Below are positions 18,545 through 28,621 of a DNA stretch of 64,000 nucleotides, piece after piece. Each line of letters starts with the position of its first letter. Positions within the stretch are counted from its first letter, which is position 1. Origin of the DNA: an uncultured Dehalococcoidia bacterium (GTDB lineage Bacteria > Chloroflexota > Dehalococcoidia > Lucifugimonadales > GCA-2712585); NCBI GenBank assembly GCA_964439905.1, contig CAYTPK010000007.1, positions 68,539 through 132,538 on the forward strand, read 5' to 3'. The notes under the pieces are model-generated. The model was not told where the DNA came from. It worked only from the letters and a program-made list of their open reading frames with translations, and made no database searches. A program made the translations under genes and the position numbers.

Positions 18545-19714
18545 TTGTTTAATAGGATCCGGTTTCTTACAGCTGGGGAATCGCATGGGCAAAGTTTGAC
18601 CGTTTTGTTAGATGGATTCCCTGCAGGTTTGTCTTTGTCAGAGTCTTATATAGGCCAACAGATGGTTCGTAGGCAAAGAGGATATGGAAGAGGGGGAAGA
18701 CAGTTAATTGAAAAGGATTGGGCATCAATCATGAGTGGCGTTAGGCATGGGTTCACCTTGGGGAGTCCTATATCCATGTCTATAGAGAACAAAGATTGGG
18801 TCAATTGGACTAAAGTCATGAGCGTTTCAAAAATTGATGAAGAAATCAAGAGAGTGACCCGACTCAGACCTGGACACGCGGATCTACCAGGTACTATGAA
18901 ATACGGATATGACGATGTGAGAAATGTACTCGAACGGGCTAGCGCTCGAGAAACTGCTGCTAGAGTAGCTGCTGGGGCAGTAGCAAGGCGGTTATTGGAA
19001 CAATTTGGAGTAGAGATTAACAGCCATTCGTTATCAATAGGAGGAGTCTGGGCGAACTCCATGGGACCAGTTGACTGGCATGCGGTAGAGCAATCGCCTG
19101 TACGATGTGTTGATGAGAAGGTTGGTGAACAAATGATGAAGGTTATAGATGATGCGAAAGAGGCCGGAGATACAGTAGGTGGAGTAGTGGAAGTTGTTGC
19201 CGAAGGCTTGCCTATAGGCTTAGGATCCCACGTACAATGGGATCAGAAGATAGATGGTCGTATAGCCCAAGCCCTTATGTCTATTCATGCTACTAAGGCT
19301 GTTTCTATTGGAGATGGTTGGGAATCAGTAAACCATCGAGGTTCTCAAGTCCATGATGTAATAGAACCAGTAAAAGACCCAAAAAGTTCATGGAAAAGAA
19401 AAACTAATCGATCAGGTGGTACAGAGGGAGGTATGACGACTGGATCCGCGCTTGTAGCGAGATTCGCCATTAAGCCTATATCAACTTTAAAGAATCCTCT
19501 TCCATCGGTAGATCTGGATTCTGGCGATGTAGTTCAAGCGCATTATGAAAGGTCGGATGTGTGTCAAGTTCCACCCGCAGGAGTCATAGGAGAGGCTATG
19601 ATTGCACTGGTTTTGGCCGATGCATTTTTGGAGAAATTTGGCGGGGATAGTATTACTGAAATATCTAGGAATTACGAAGGATACCAGAGAACTGTACGGC
19701 CTCGTAACATGTAA
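18545..19714 (+). CDS. aroC: Chorismate synthase
   Basis: Motifs FLTAGESHG, RPGHAD and SARETA. TTG 18545 lies directly after the aroE stop, with GGGGATAGGAGA upstream. The tracked ORF start at 18470 overlaps aroE and is probably an artefactual extension. Confidence 0.92.
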   Translation: MFNRIRFLTAGESHGQSLTVLLDGFPAGLSLSESYIGQQMVRRQRGYGRGGRQLIEKDWASIMSGVRHGFTLGSPISMSIENKDWVNWTKVMSVSKIDEEIKRVTRLRPGHADLPGTMKYGYDDVRNVLERASARETAARVAAGAVARRLLEQFGVEINSHSLSIGGVWANSMGPVDWHAVEQSPVRCVDEKVGEQMMKVIDDAKEAGDTVGGVVEVVAEGLPIGLGSHVQWDQKIDGRIAQALMSIHATKAVSIGDGWESVNHRGSQVHDVIEPVKDPKSSWKRKTNRSGGTEGGMTTGSALVARFAIKPISTLKNPLPSVDLDSGDVVQAHYERSDVCQVPPAGVIGEAMIALVLADAFLEKFGGDSITEISRNYEGYQRTVRPRNM

Positions 19715-19764
19715 TTTATTCTTGTAGTAATTGGGGAAATTATATAGAAGGTCAATAAAGTGCC

Positions 19765-20646
19765 ATGTCGCAACCACAGAATGTTATAGCTTTAGTTTAC
19801 GATTATGATAAAACTTTGAGCCCCTTGCATATGCAAGAGGACGTTATCTTTGAAAAGATAGGAGTTAATTCCAAGGAATTTTGGGGAAGAGTCGACGAAC
19901 TTGCGTCTGATAAGACCTATGAAAGCGATCTGGCTTGGATACGCCTTCTTTTGGACAATCTTTTTTTTCGAAATTTGTCTAATACTGATTTATCCGAACT
20001 AGGGAAAGAACTGAATTTTTTCCCGGGAATACCAGGAATGTTTGAAGAATTAGATGGCATGTTATCTGATGAAAAATTTGTTCGGCATGGTATTACGTTA
20101 GAGCATTATATTGTTACTTCTGGTTTGCAAGCAGTATTGGCGGGAAGTGATCTTGCGAAATACGTCAAGCGGATATTTGGATGCGAGTTTGATGAAGACG
20201 GTCAAGGTAAAGTTTACTGGCCGAAACGGGTTATAAGTCACACGGCTAAGACTCAATATTTGTTTCGTATAACGAAAGGTTTTGAATATATGAATTTTGA
20301 AAAGGATGTGAATGATCACATTCCAGAAATTGAGCGAAGGATACCGTTCAAAAATATGTTATACATCGGGGATGGCCCTACTGATGTTCCCTGTTTTTCT
20401 GTAATTACTAGTAGGGGAGGGAAAGCCCTCGCAGTTTATGATGCCAAGAGCAAACATTCATTTGAAACATGCATGTTGCTCATGGCTGCACAAAGAGTTA
20501 ACGAAATTGCCGAGGCTGATTACCGACCAGGTACACACTTGCGTCGTATAATCGAATATATGGTTTACGGTATGGCAGAACAGATTGTGGCACAGGAAGA
20601 AATGGAGCATGACCGTAGAATAATACATGCTCCTAAGCATGGTTAG
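19765..20646 (+). CDS. HAD-superfamily hydrolase-like protein, subfamily uncertain
   Basis: Motif I is YDYDKTL (DxDxT). The C-terminal motif is YIGDGPTDVPCF (GDGxxD). A large cap-like insertion lies between them. Confidence 0.6.
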   Translation: MSQPQNVIALVYDYDKTLSPLHMQEDVIFEKIGVNSKEFWGRVDELASDKTYESDLAWIRLLLDNLFFRNLSNTDLSELGKELNFFPGIPGMFEELDGMLSDEKFVRHGITLEHYIVTSGLQAVLAGSDLAKYVKRIFGCEFDEDGQGKVYWPKRVISHTAKTQYLFRITKGFEYMNFEKDVNDHIPEIERRIPFKNMLYIGDGPTDVPCFSVITSRGGKALAVYDAKSKHSFETCMLLMAAQRVNEIAEADYRPGTHLRRIIEYMVYGMAEQIVAQEEMEHDRRIIHAPKHG

Positions 20647-22300
20647 TTTGAAGAGAAACATATTCTTGACGGGTTTCTCTGGGACCGGCAAAACGGCTGT
20701 GGGAACTCTTGTCGCCCAAATGTTAGGTTGGAAATTTATTGATACCGATAGTTATATAACTGATTTAAAAGGAAAGTCTATACAAAGAATTTTTTCGGAA
20801 GATGGGGAAAATGAATTCCGGAATATAGAAAGATCGACGTTGGAAAAGATTTGTTTTGAGGAGAATCAAGTAGTTGCTACTGGCGGAGGCGCTTTCATTG
20901 ATTCTTTAAATCAAGAACTTCTACTTAGTAGAGGATTAGTGATCGGACTCGATGCACGACCAGAAACTATAATTGGGAGATTAGACGCTCAGAAAGATCG
21001 TGGGGATGTTGAGATAAGGCCGCTCCTGGAAGAGAACAATAAGTTAAAACGTATCACAGAGTTGAAGCAGAACCGTCAGAAATCCTATGATGTTTCTCAT
21101 TGCGTAATAGCTACTGATCTTTTGACAGTTGATCAGGTAGCGGCAGCAGTGATCAATAACTGGAAATCCTTTGTTGGAACTGCTAGCAATCGACCTGCCT
21201 TTGGACCATCCATTGCCGCTATAGTAGAACATGCTACTGGAGCCTATCCGGTTAAGGTTGGGTGGGGTTTGTTAGACGAGCTTGGGGAATCTCTTGTTGC
21301 GATAGGGATAGAAGGACCAGTTTACATAATCAGTGATGACAAAGTATTTCAGCTTTACGGAAGGAAGATCCAGAAAGTTTTGCATAGGTCTGGAATAGAA
21401 GCCCATAGCTTCATATTCCCGGCAGGAGAACAATCTAAAACTTTGGCAACTGCCGAATCAATCTATAAATGGCTTATTGAAAGACGAGCTGAGCGAGGTC
21501 ATGCCATCTTGGCTGTTGGCGGTGGAGTAGTGGGTGATCTCGGTGGATTTGTAGCTGCTACGTTCCTACGTGGTATTCCATTCGTGCAAATACCAACCAG
21601 TATGGCAGCAATGGTGGATGCTTCTATTGGTGGAAAGGTAGCAGTGAACGTTCCGCAGGCCAAGAACATGATAGGATCATTTTATCAGCCAAAGCTGGTT
21701 TTCGCGGACCCAGAGACTCTTTTGACTATGGATAAACGTGGGTTATCAGAAGGCTGGGCGGAAGCGATAAAGCATGGCTTCATCCGTGATGAAAACTTAG
21801 TTAAGACTTTTGAAGATAACGCGAATAGATTATCTGATTTAGACCCGCAGCTTTCTACGGAAGTAATTCGAAGAAGTATAGCAATAAAGGCTGACGTGGT
21901 TTCAAACGATGAAAAGGAGAAACTAGGTATAAGAATATTATTGAATTATGGTCACACAGTAGGACACGCCCTGGAAGTAACCAGTGGCTATGGAAAATAT
22001 CTTCATGGGGAAGGCGTGTCCATAGGTATGATGGCCGCTGCTGAGATCAGCCGTAAAATGGGTATGATTGAAAGCAACGTTGTTGTGCGTCAACGTGATA
22101 TTTTACGTCAATTTGGTTTACCTACTGTGGCACGAGACATAGATCCAGATACATTATCTCGGGCTATGAAATTGGACAAAAAAAACGAAAAAGGGTCGAT
22201 TAGGTGGGTATTATTGCGGGAGGTTGGTCAGGCTGTGTCGAGAGCGGATGTTCCTAATGTTGTTGTTAGTGAAGTTTTGTCTTGGGTTATAAAAGACTAG
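20639..22300 (+). CDS. aroK/aroB: Bifunctional shikimate kinase / 3-dehydroquinate synthase
   Basis: The N-terminus carries the shikimate-kinase P-loop LTGFSGTGKTAVG. The C-terminal ~360 aa are DHQS-like (GGGVVGDLGGFVAATFLRGIPFVQIPT, NYGHTVGHALE). It is one uninterrupted frame. Confidence 0.9.
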   Translation: MVSLKRNIFLTGFSGTGKTAVGTLVAQMLGWKFIDTDSYITDLKGKSIQRIFSEDGENEFRNIERSTLEKICFEENQVVATGGGAFIDSLNQELLLSRGLVIGLDARPETIIGRLDAQKDRGDVEIRPLLEENNKLKRITELKQNRQKSYDVSHCVIATDLLTVDQVAAAVINNWKSFVGTASNRPAFGPSIAAIVEHATGAYPVKVGWGLLDELGESLVAIGIEGPVYIISDDKVFQLYGRKIQKVLHRSGIEAHSFIFPAGEQSKTLATAESIYKWLIERRAERGHAILAVGGGVVGDLGGFVAATFLRGIPFVQIPTSMAAMVDASIGGKVAVNVPQAKNMIGSFYQPKLVFADPETLLTMDKRGLSEGWAEAIKHGFIRDENLVKTFEDNANRLSDLDPQLSTEVIRRSIAIKADVVSNDEKEKLGIRILLNYGHTVGHALEVTSGYGKYLHGEGVSIGMMAAAEISRKMGMIESNVVVRQRDILRQFGLPTVARDIDPDTLSRAMKLDKKNEKGSIRWVLLREVGQAVSRADVPNVVVSEVLSWVIKD

Positions 22301-22403
22301 TGACCTAGACGATATCAACAATTTAAGTGTTGGCTTGCCCAAAGCTATCTATGTAACAGGCCAATTGCACACACTAATATTTTACTGGGCTTTTTTGGTA
22401 AGT

Positions 22404-23222
22404 CTAGCCGTATACTCTCTCAATTAAATAGTGGATGGTTCCCTTTGGGGCTAAAATCTCGACTCGTTCTCCCTGCTTTCTATTTATCAAAGCCTTACCT
22501 ACAGGTGATTCGCTGGAGAGTTTCCCCTCGCTTGGACTAGCTTCTCGGGGGTGTACTATGAGATAGCTACGAAGTTTTCCGTTGGATGCGTCCTTCAATC
22601 TGACCTTTTTACCCATGGAAATCCTTACTTGACCCTTCCCTGATTTTTCTCCCACGACCGCATGGTTTAGGATCGCCTCTAATTCTCTGATCTTAGATTC
22701 AACGAATCCCTGCCTTTCCTTAGCAGCATCCAAGGGTGCATTTTCTCTAAAATCCTTATCTTCCATGGCACGACCGATGTCGTCTACTATCTTTACTCGT
22801 TCTACCTTCAATGATTCGAGTTCACTGGTGAGTTGGTTAAATCCGTCTTGTGTTAGATATACTGGCTCGATTCCGGTTGCCCCGCTGGACATATTTTTGC
22901 CCCGTCCTTTTGGAATACGAATATGAGGGGCCAGGCTTAGTTCAATAAGTTCCTTGCGTTTAAGATAGGCTAGGAACATTTTAACTGGCGCTAATTTTGT
23001 CGCTGGATCTCCTCCTCTTCTACCTATCCATTCTGCGTAGGACGCTACTGTTTGTGGTGTTAGGGAGATTATCTTTGTAGTCCTTCCACACCACTGCACA
23101 AACCTGCTAAGGTCTTGGTACAGTTCACGGGTCTGCCCTTGTTTCAGTCCATTGAGATAGCGAGTGTAAGCTTCATTTAGGTCTAGACTGGTTTCTATTG
23201 AAATTGGCAATAGCCCTCCCAC
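22404..23222 (-). CDS. greA: GreA-family transcript-cleavage factor with ~120-aa N-terminal extension resembling an integrase core-binding (SAM-like) domain
   Basis: Residues ~122-272 look like GreA. They include the coiled coil with acidic tip (KDFRENAPLDAAKERQ) and the C-terminal domain (KLSSESPVGKALINRKQGERVEI). Residues ~15-105 (YTRYLNGL...LTPQTVASYAEWI...VKMFLAYLKRKELIELSLAPHIRIPK) follow the helical pattern of phage-integrase N-terminal domains. Start is GTG 23222 or TTG 23210. Confidence 0.8.
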   Translation of the reverse strand: MGGLLPISIETSLDLNEAYTRYLNGLKQGQTRELYQDLSRFVQWCGRTTKIISLTPQTVASYAEWIGRRGGDPATKLAPVKMFLAYLKRKELIELSLAPHIRIPKGRGKNMSSGATGIEPVYLTQDGFNQLTSELESLKVERVKIVDDIGRAMEDKDFRENAPLDAAKERQGFVESKIRELEAILNHAVVGEKSGKGQVRISMGKKVRLKDASNGKLRSYLIVHPREASPSEGKLSSESPVGKALINRKQGERVEILAPKGTIHYLIERVYG

Positions 23223-23372
23223 AACAAATCTGTTAGTTTATAGTTTGGGGATAATCTCGTATGGAATATAGATTTCGATCCACAATTGGCTCTAAGCATA
23301 GCAGGAAGATAGCCCTTAGAAAAGTCCCCGTAACGATGCGGGCGTCGTGCAATGAGGTTTGTTTAGCGGCAT

Positions 23373-24017
23373 ATGATGACTAAAATAGTTTGGATTAAAC
23401 TAGGAAATAACCATTCATTCGAAGGGATGACCTCACTCTTGGAGAAACATACAGATGAATCTATAGTGATTAGGTCTTCTTCCCTTGGTTTATCAGATAT
23501 CAGTGGACTAATCATAACTGGAGACGCCCCCGATTTAGAAGATCCAGCGTCCATTTACGACTTAAAGTCAATTGATTTTGTAAAAAGAAGTTTATCTAAT
23601 GATATTCCCATTATTGCTACGGGATATGGGATGGGTCTCTTAAATATATGCTTCGATGGAGGGCATCTAACGTCCGTTGTAAATCACCGGATAGGATCGA
23701 TAACCCATAGTCATAAAGTTTACGTTTCACCTGGCAGTAAATCTGCTGCGATTCTAGGTATAGGGGGCTTTTTCTCTCTTAATAGTCGTCATAAATTGGG
23801 ACTTAGGGAACAACAAAGATCACCTAGATTATTAGCCGCAGCATATTCTGTAGATGATGGAATTATTGAGGGGATTGAAAGTACTGAACATTCTTGGGTG
23901 ATAGGATATCAGGCTAATTTAGAAAACTCTGAAGAGACCCCAAAGGTTTTTGGAAATATTTTTGTAGCCTTTGTAGAAAGGGCCGTTAGTTTTCATAAAC
24001 TACATTGTAAAAGTTAG
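23373..24017 (+). CDS. Class-I glutamine amidotransferase-like protein (peptidase C26/PuuD-like) lacking the catalytic Cys and His
   Basis: The fold-level pattern is conserved (GLIITGD..., IPIIATGYGMGLLNICFDGGHL, IEGIES...VIGYQANLE). However, the GICRGMQ nucleophile position reads ATGYGMG and the QWHPE position reads QANLE. Confidence 0.55.
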   Translation: MMTKIVWIKLGNNHSFEGMTSLLEKHTDESIVIRSSSLGLSDISGLIITGDAPDLEDPASIYDLKSIDFVKRSLSNDIPIIATGYGMGLLNICFDGGHLTSVVNHRIGSITHSHKVYVSPGSKSAAILGIGGFFSLNSRHKLGLREQQRSPRLLAAAYSVDDGIIEGIESTEHSWVIGYQANLENSEETPKVFGNIFVAFVERAVSFHKLHCKS

Positions 24018-24143
24018 ATGATTTATAGTCATAAGTGGAGTCATCTGGAAAAACGTGTTAGAATCAAGGCTAGAGCCCCCAATATATTGGGATGTGGGCT
24101 TGTGTTTGATCAATATTTAGTATAAATGAGGTCGATTTAGAGC

Positions 24144-26615
24144 ATGGTCACCACCCCTGACGACCAAATCCAGAACATACATATAGATGAGGAGATGAGA
24201 AACTCTTACCTCAGTTACGCTATGAGCGTAATTGTGGCTAGAGCACTACCAGATGTAAGAGATGGATTGAAACCCGTACAGCGCAGAATTCTTTATGCTA
24301 TGAGGGAACTCAGTCTGAGTCCCGGTAATGCCTACAAAAAATGCGCTAGGATAGTAGGGGAAGTTTTAGGTAAATATCATCCACATGGAGATTCGTCGGT
24401 TTATGAAGCTCTGGTGCGGATGGCACAGGATTTCTCTTTACATTATCCTCTTGTAGATGGCCAAGGTAATTTTGGAAGTGTCGACGACGAGCCTCCTGCG
24501 GCCATGCGTTACACTGAAGCTCGACTGACTCCAATTGCGATGGAATTGTTGGCTGATATAGACCAGGCTACAGTCGACTTTGTTGAAAACTTTGATGGTT
24601 CCTTAAAGGAACCGACGGTTCTTCCAGGAAAACTTCCCAACTTGTTGTTGAACGGGGCCTCTGGCATAGCTGTGGGAATGGCTACTAATATTCCACCTCA
24701 TAACTTGAGCGAGATTGTTAATGCTGTATGTTATTTAATCGATAATCCCAGCGCATTCGTAGAAGATCTTATGAAGTTTGTAAAGGCACCAGACTTTCCT
24801 ACGGGTGCAACAGCACTTGTCGGGAATGACAGAGAATTTGTTAGACAAATATATTCTACCGGTCGAGGCAGAGTAGTCTTGAGGGCTACAGCTGATGTGG
24901 AAGAACTGAAAAATGGTCGTAGCCAGATCATAGTTTCAGAACTACCTTACCAAGTGAATAAGGCGACGCTGGTAGCACGTATTGCACAAATGGTGAGAGA
25001 TAAACGGATTCATGGAATTTCAGATATTCGGGATGAGTCTGACAGAAGGGGAATGAGAATTGTAATAGAGTTGAGAAGGGATGCGATGGGTCAGATGGTG
25101 TTAAATAGCCTCTACAAGCACACCTCCATGCAGTCATCGTTTAGTGTAAATATGCTTGCTTTGGTGGATGGCCAACCCCAGGTACTTAACCTGAAGAGAG
25201 CGTTACAGCTTTTCATTGATTACCGAAAAGCTGTGGTTATCCGAAGGGCTGAGTTCCAGCTTAAAAAAGCAAAAGATCGATCCCATATCTTGGAAGGATT
25301 AAGAAAAGCCTTAGAATTTTTGGATGAAGTCATTAAGTTAATTCGAGCCTCAGATGACGTAGAGACTGCTAGAAACGGATTGATGCAAAGCTTTGGTCTG
25401 ACAGAGATACAAGCTCAGGCAATTTTGGACATGCAATTGAGAAGTCTAGCGGCGCTAGAACGTAAAAAATTAGAAGAGGAATATCAAGACCTACGTAAGA
25501 CTATAGGTGAACTCGAATCTCTACTTGGTGATACGATAAAGATTTTAGATGTTGTAAAAGAAGAAACACTAGGCTTGAAGAAACAATACCGAGGGACAAG
25601 ACTTACTAAAATAATAAAGGAAGAACCTAGAGATCTGTCCCCTGAAGACTTGATATCCCCTCAAGATATGGTAGTTACAATAAGCCGTAGGGGATACATT
25701 AAAAGGATGCTGCCTTCAACCTACAAATCCCAACATAGAGGTGGACGCGGAGTCCGAGGCCAGGCCACTCGAGATGACGATGCACTTCATCACCTTCTTT
25801 ATGCAAACACCCATGACACCATACTTCTGTTTACTAATAGGGGTAGAGTTTACAAGGTGAGATGCTTTGAGATTCAGCAAGATAGTTCGAGAACGACCAA
25901 GGGTGCATCACTAAACAATTTAATACCCTTAGCTGAAAAGGAAGAAGTGAATGCTGTGGTTTCGGTACCCAAATTAGATCAAGATGGTCTGTTTGTTATG
26001 GGTACAAGATTAGGAGAAGTGAAAAGTTTAAGAATCAGACACCTGGCTAATATCCGAAGTAACGGCTTAATAATTATGGATCTTGAAGAAGGGGACGATT
26101 TGGTTTCGGTACGTAATTTAGAACCAGATGATGATGTTCTAATTGTTACATCTAATGGGAGATCCATACGATTTCCAGGGATTCAAATCCCGGTGCGTTC
26201 GAGAACTGCTGGTGGAGTAAGGGGCATTAAGTTGATTGATGGGGATCACGTAGTAGCGATGGAGCCCGTGAATCCGGATGAGCGACTTTTGGTTGTTACG
26301 GAAAGAGGTTACGGTAAAGTGGTTACTCTGAACCGATATCCAAGGCAAAGGCGGGCTGGTCAAGGTGTAAGAGTATTCAAGGTTACTCCAAAAACTGGGA
26401 AATTGGCAGACGCTAGGCTGATCCGCGAAGGTGTTGAGGACGAAGTCATGCTGGTCTCCGCGAAAAGCCAGGTCATTAGGACGAGTATTCAGAGTATTTC
26501 CGTACAAGGAAGGAATGCCAGCGGTGTCATCGTATGGAGGCCAGATAGTAGAGATAAAATCGTTTCAGTCGCCTGTTTTTCTAATGGCAAGACCCCTAAT
26601 GGGAAAACTTCTTAG
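24144..26615 (+). CDS. gyrA: DNA gyrase subunit A
   Basis: 823 aa with [25 protein letters not shown], the [10 protein letters not shown] active-site Tyr context, and C-terminal beta-pinwheel repeats. Confidence 0.97.
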   Translation: MVTTPDDQIQNIHIDEEMRNSYLSYAMSVIVARALPDVRDGLKPVQRRILYAMRELSLSPGNAYKKCARIVGEVLGKYHPHGDSSVYEALVRMAQDFSLHYPLVDGQGNFGSVDDEPPAAMRYTEARLTPIAMELLADIDQATVDFVENFDGSLKEPTVLPGKLPNLLLNGASGIAVGMATNIPPHNLSEIVNAVCYLIDNPSAFVEDLMKFVKAPDFPTGATALVGNDREFVRQIYSTGRGRVVLRATADVEELKNGRSQIIVSELPYQVNKATLVARIAQMVRDKRIHGISDIRDESDRRGMRIVIELRRDAMGQMVLNSLYKHTSMQSSFSVNMLALVDGQPQVLNLKRALQLFIDYRKAVVIRRAEFQLKKAKDRSHILEGLRKALEFLDEVIKLIRASDDVETARNGLMQSFGLTEIQAQAILDMQLRSLAALERKKLEEEYQDLRKTIGELESLLGDTIKILDVVKEETLGLKKQYRGTRLTKIIKEEPRDLSPEDLISPQDMVVTISRRGYIKRMLPSTYKSQHRGGRGVRGQATRDDDALHHLLYANTHDTILLFTNRGRVYKVRCFEIQQDSSRTTKGASLNNLIPLAEKEEVNAVVSVPKLDQDGLFVMGTRLGEVKSLRIRHLANIRSNGLIIMDLEEGDDLVSVRNLEPDDDVLIVTSNGRSIRFPGIQIPVRSRTAGGVRGIKLIDGDHVVAMEPVNPDERLLVVTERGYGKVVTLNRYPRQRRAGQGVRVFKVTPKTGKLADARLIREGVEDEVMLVSAKSQVIRTSIQSISVQGRNASGVIVWRPDSRDKIVSVACFSNGKTPNGKTS

Positions 26616-26623
26616 TAAGTGAG

Positions 26624-27121
26624 TTACGTATTTCCTTTAGGGTCCAATTCACGGAAGTTACTCTCGTAGAAAATCAGAGGTCCAGTCGAGTTGCTTCCAC
26701 TGGTAATTTCCTCCACCTTGCCTACGTAGATAGTGTGATCTCCTTGGGGATGGGCGTCAACCATACTACAACCTAGGAAACCCAGGGACCCTTTTATATA
26801 AGGAATTCCATGCTCGCTTAGACTTGTTTGTATGATATCTGGTTGATATGTTCTATGGTTGGTTTTTGCGAAGTATGTTGATAGTTTTCTTTGGTCCGCA
26901 CTTAGGATATTGACACCAAACTTTCTCTGAGCGTCGATGAAATTGTGGGTTTGATTTTGCACATCCACACATACAAGTATGAGAGGAGGGTTTAAACTGA
27001 CCGAGGTAAATGAATTGGCAGTCATACCGTGGAATGCACCTTCGTGGTCTAGTGTTGTTATTACGATCACACCAGTTGCAAATTGCGCGAGAGTGCTTCT
27101 AAACTTATCTCTATTTATCAC
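26624..27121 (-). CDS. Flavin reductase-like (HpaC/NADH:FMN oxidoreductase) protein
   Basis: Pattern FATGVIVITT...GMTANSFTSVSLNPPLILVCV. GTG start with AAGGTGA upstream. Confidence 0.85.
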   Translation of the reverse strand: MINRDKFRSTLAQFATGVIVITTLDHEGAFHGMTANSFTSVSLNPPLILVCVDVQNQTHNFIDAQRKFGVNILSADQRKLSTYFAKTNHRTYQPDIIQTSLSEHGIPYIKGSLGFLGCSMVDAHPQGDHTIYVGKVEEITSGSNSTGPLIFYESNFRELDPKGNT

Positions 27122-27302
27122 GACTATCGTTTCACCTTGTGACTAGGTATTCCAAGTATAAGTCAGGTTAGTAGCACGCTCAAGTTAATCATTTAAGCAG
27201 GGAATCAGACAGCCATATCTTTTATATCCCGATGGGTATTGCATTAAATCGGAATATTGGTGATCCTATAGTAGCGTTTAAGTGTAGTGAAAAGGAGAAG
27301 GA

Positions 27303-28184
27303 ATGACAGTTTTTAGAAGTCTTCAGTTTGTCCCAGGTAATAGACAGAATATGTTGGACAAGGCCCGTATATTTAGGAGCGATGCTCTGGTATTGGATCT
27401 TGAAGATTCGGTCCCAGTTAGCGAAAAAGATGCCGCATTACCGATGGTGGTTTCAATGATAAAACCGTTGTATGACTTAGGGCATACCGTTTTTGTAAGG
27501 TTGAACTCATTCAATTCTGGTCTGATTTGTAAAGAACTAGAAGCCGTCGTTTGTGAAGAGCTATACGGGGTTAGCTTAGGGAAGGTTGACACTCCTTGGC
27601 ATGTTATAGAATGTGATAAATTGATGATGGACTTCGAGATTAAATACGGGTTAGAAGAAGGTAAGGTTAAGATCATACCTTGGATTGAAAGTGCTGAAGG
27701 AGTATTGAATGCTTTTCGTATTTCGAATGCATCTCGTAGAGTTATAGCTTTAGCCTTTGGTGGTGAAGATTTTACTAACGATATGGAGATACGCCGCAGT
27801 TACGATGGTGCTGAACTAATGATGCCAAAATCGATGGTATCTATGGCCGCGCGAGCATCAGGTATCCCTGCCTTAGACACGCCTTTTGTGAATTTCAGGG
27901 ATATAGATGGTTTACGAGAAGAGTGCAATAGATCCGCAAATTTAGGGTATAAAGGCAAATTTTCAATTCACCCGGGCCAATTAGAGGTCATTAATGATGT
28001 TTTCAGACCAGATGCCAAAGAAGTTGAATATGCACGACGGGTAGTAGCTGCATGGAATGAAGCTGAAGCTGCCGGAATTGGGTCCCTGGAATTAGACGGT
28101 GCAATGGTAGACATACCTGTCGTAAAACGAGCCGAGGCATTGCTACAATCATTAGAGAGCATGGAACAGAGGGAATTACGTTGA
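27303..28184 (+). CDS. HpcH/HpaI aldolase / citrate-lyase beta (CitE)-like acyl-CoA lyase
   Basis: Pattern RSLQFVPGNR...LDLEDSV...ESAEG...FGGEDFTNDM typical of the CitE family. Strong Shine-Dalgarno AAGGAGAAGGA. Confidence 0.85.
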   Translation: MTVFRSLQFVPGNRQNMLDKARIFRSDALVLDLEDSVPVSEKDAALPMVVSMIKPLYDLGHTVFVRLNSFNSGLICKELEAVVCEELYGVSLGKVDTPWHVIECDKLMMDFEIKYGLEEGKVKIIPWIESAEGVLNAFRISNASRRVIALAFGGEDFTNDMEIRRSYDGAELMMPKSMVSMAARASGIPALDTPFVNFRDIDGLREECNRSANLGYKGKFSIHPGQLEVINDVFRPDAKEVEYARRVVAAWNEAEAAGIGSLELDGAMVDIPVVKRAEALLQSLESMEQRELR

Positions 28185-28186
28185 CC

Positions 28187-28567
28187 ATGAACCCGTCGGA
28201 TAAGATTATTCTCGAAGGTATGCGGTTTTATGGGCATCATGGTGTTCATGCAGAGGAAAGGACACTTGGCCAAATTTTCATAGTTGATGTGGAAATCGCG
28301 TTAGACCTCAGGCAGGCTGGATTATCTGATGATATAGGAGATACGGTGAGTTACTCGACGATTCATGCTATTGTTAAAGGTGAGATCGAGGGTTCATCTA
28401 AATTTCTCTTGGAGAGTTTGGCTGAAGGGATAGCACAGAAAGTAATATCCAATGGAATGGCTTGGTCCGCCACGGTAAGAGTGATGAAAGCTAACCCTCC
28501 TATAAAGGGAGCTGTGTTATCAAGAGCCGGGATTGAAATACATCGAAAAAAATACTCGGATCATTAA
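28187..28567 (+). CDS. folB: Dihydroneopterin aldolase
   Basis: GMRFYGHHGVHAEERTLGQ, DTVSYS and LLESLAE motifs. Start is ATG 28187 or the overlapping TTG 28181. Confidence 0.85.
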   Translation: MNPSDKIILEGMRFYGHHGVHAEERTLGQIFIVDVEIALDLRQAGLSDDIGDTVSYSTIHAIVKGEIEGSSKFLLESLAEGIAQKVISNGMAWSATVRVMKANPPIKGAVLSRAGIEIHRKKYSDH

Positions 28568-28621
28568 TTTACCAATAAAAATTAGGTGAAATTGGTTTAA
28601 CTAGCTCTAAACGCCATTTCA

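Noticed and set aside
22860-23222. An integrase-like N-terminal domain as a sign of a mobile element or prophage boundary
   Set aside because: Only the core-binding-like module is present, and it is fused to GreA. There is no tyrosine-recombinase catalytic domain, no flanking direct repeats or adjacent tRNA, and no phage-like neighbours.
23274-23281. TTCGATCC, a tRNA T-loop-like motif in the spacer upstream of the GATase-like gene
   Set aside because: The flanking bases do not form a T-stem, and no acceptor, D or anticodon arms can be drawn. It is not a tRNA.
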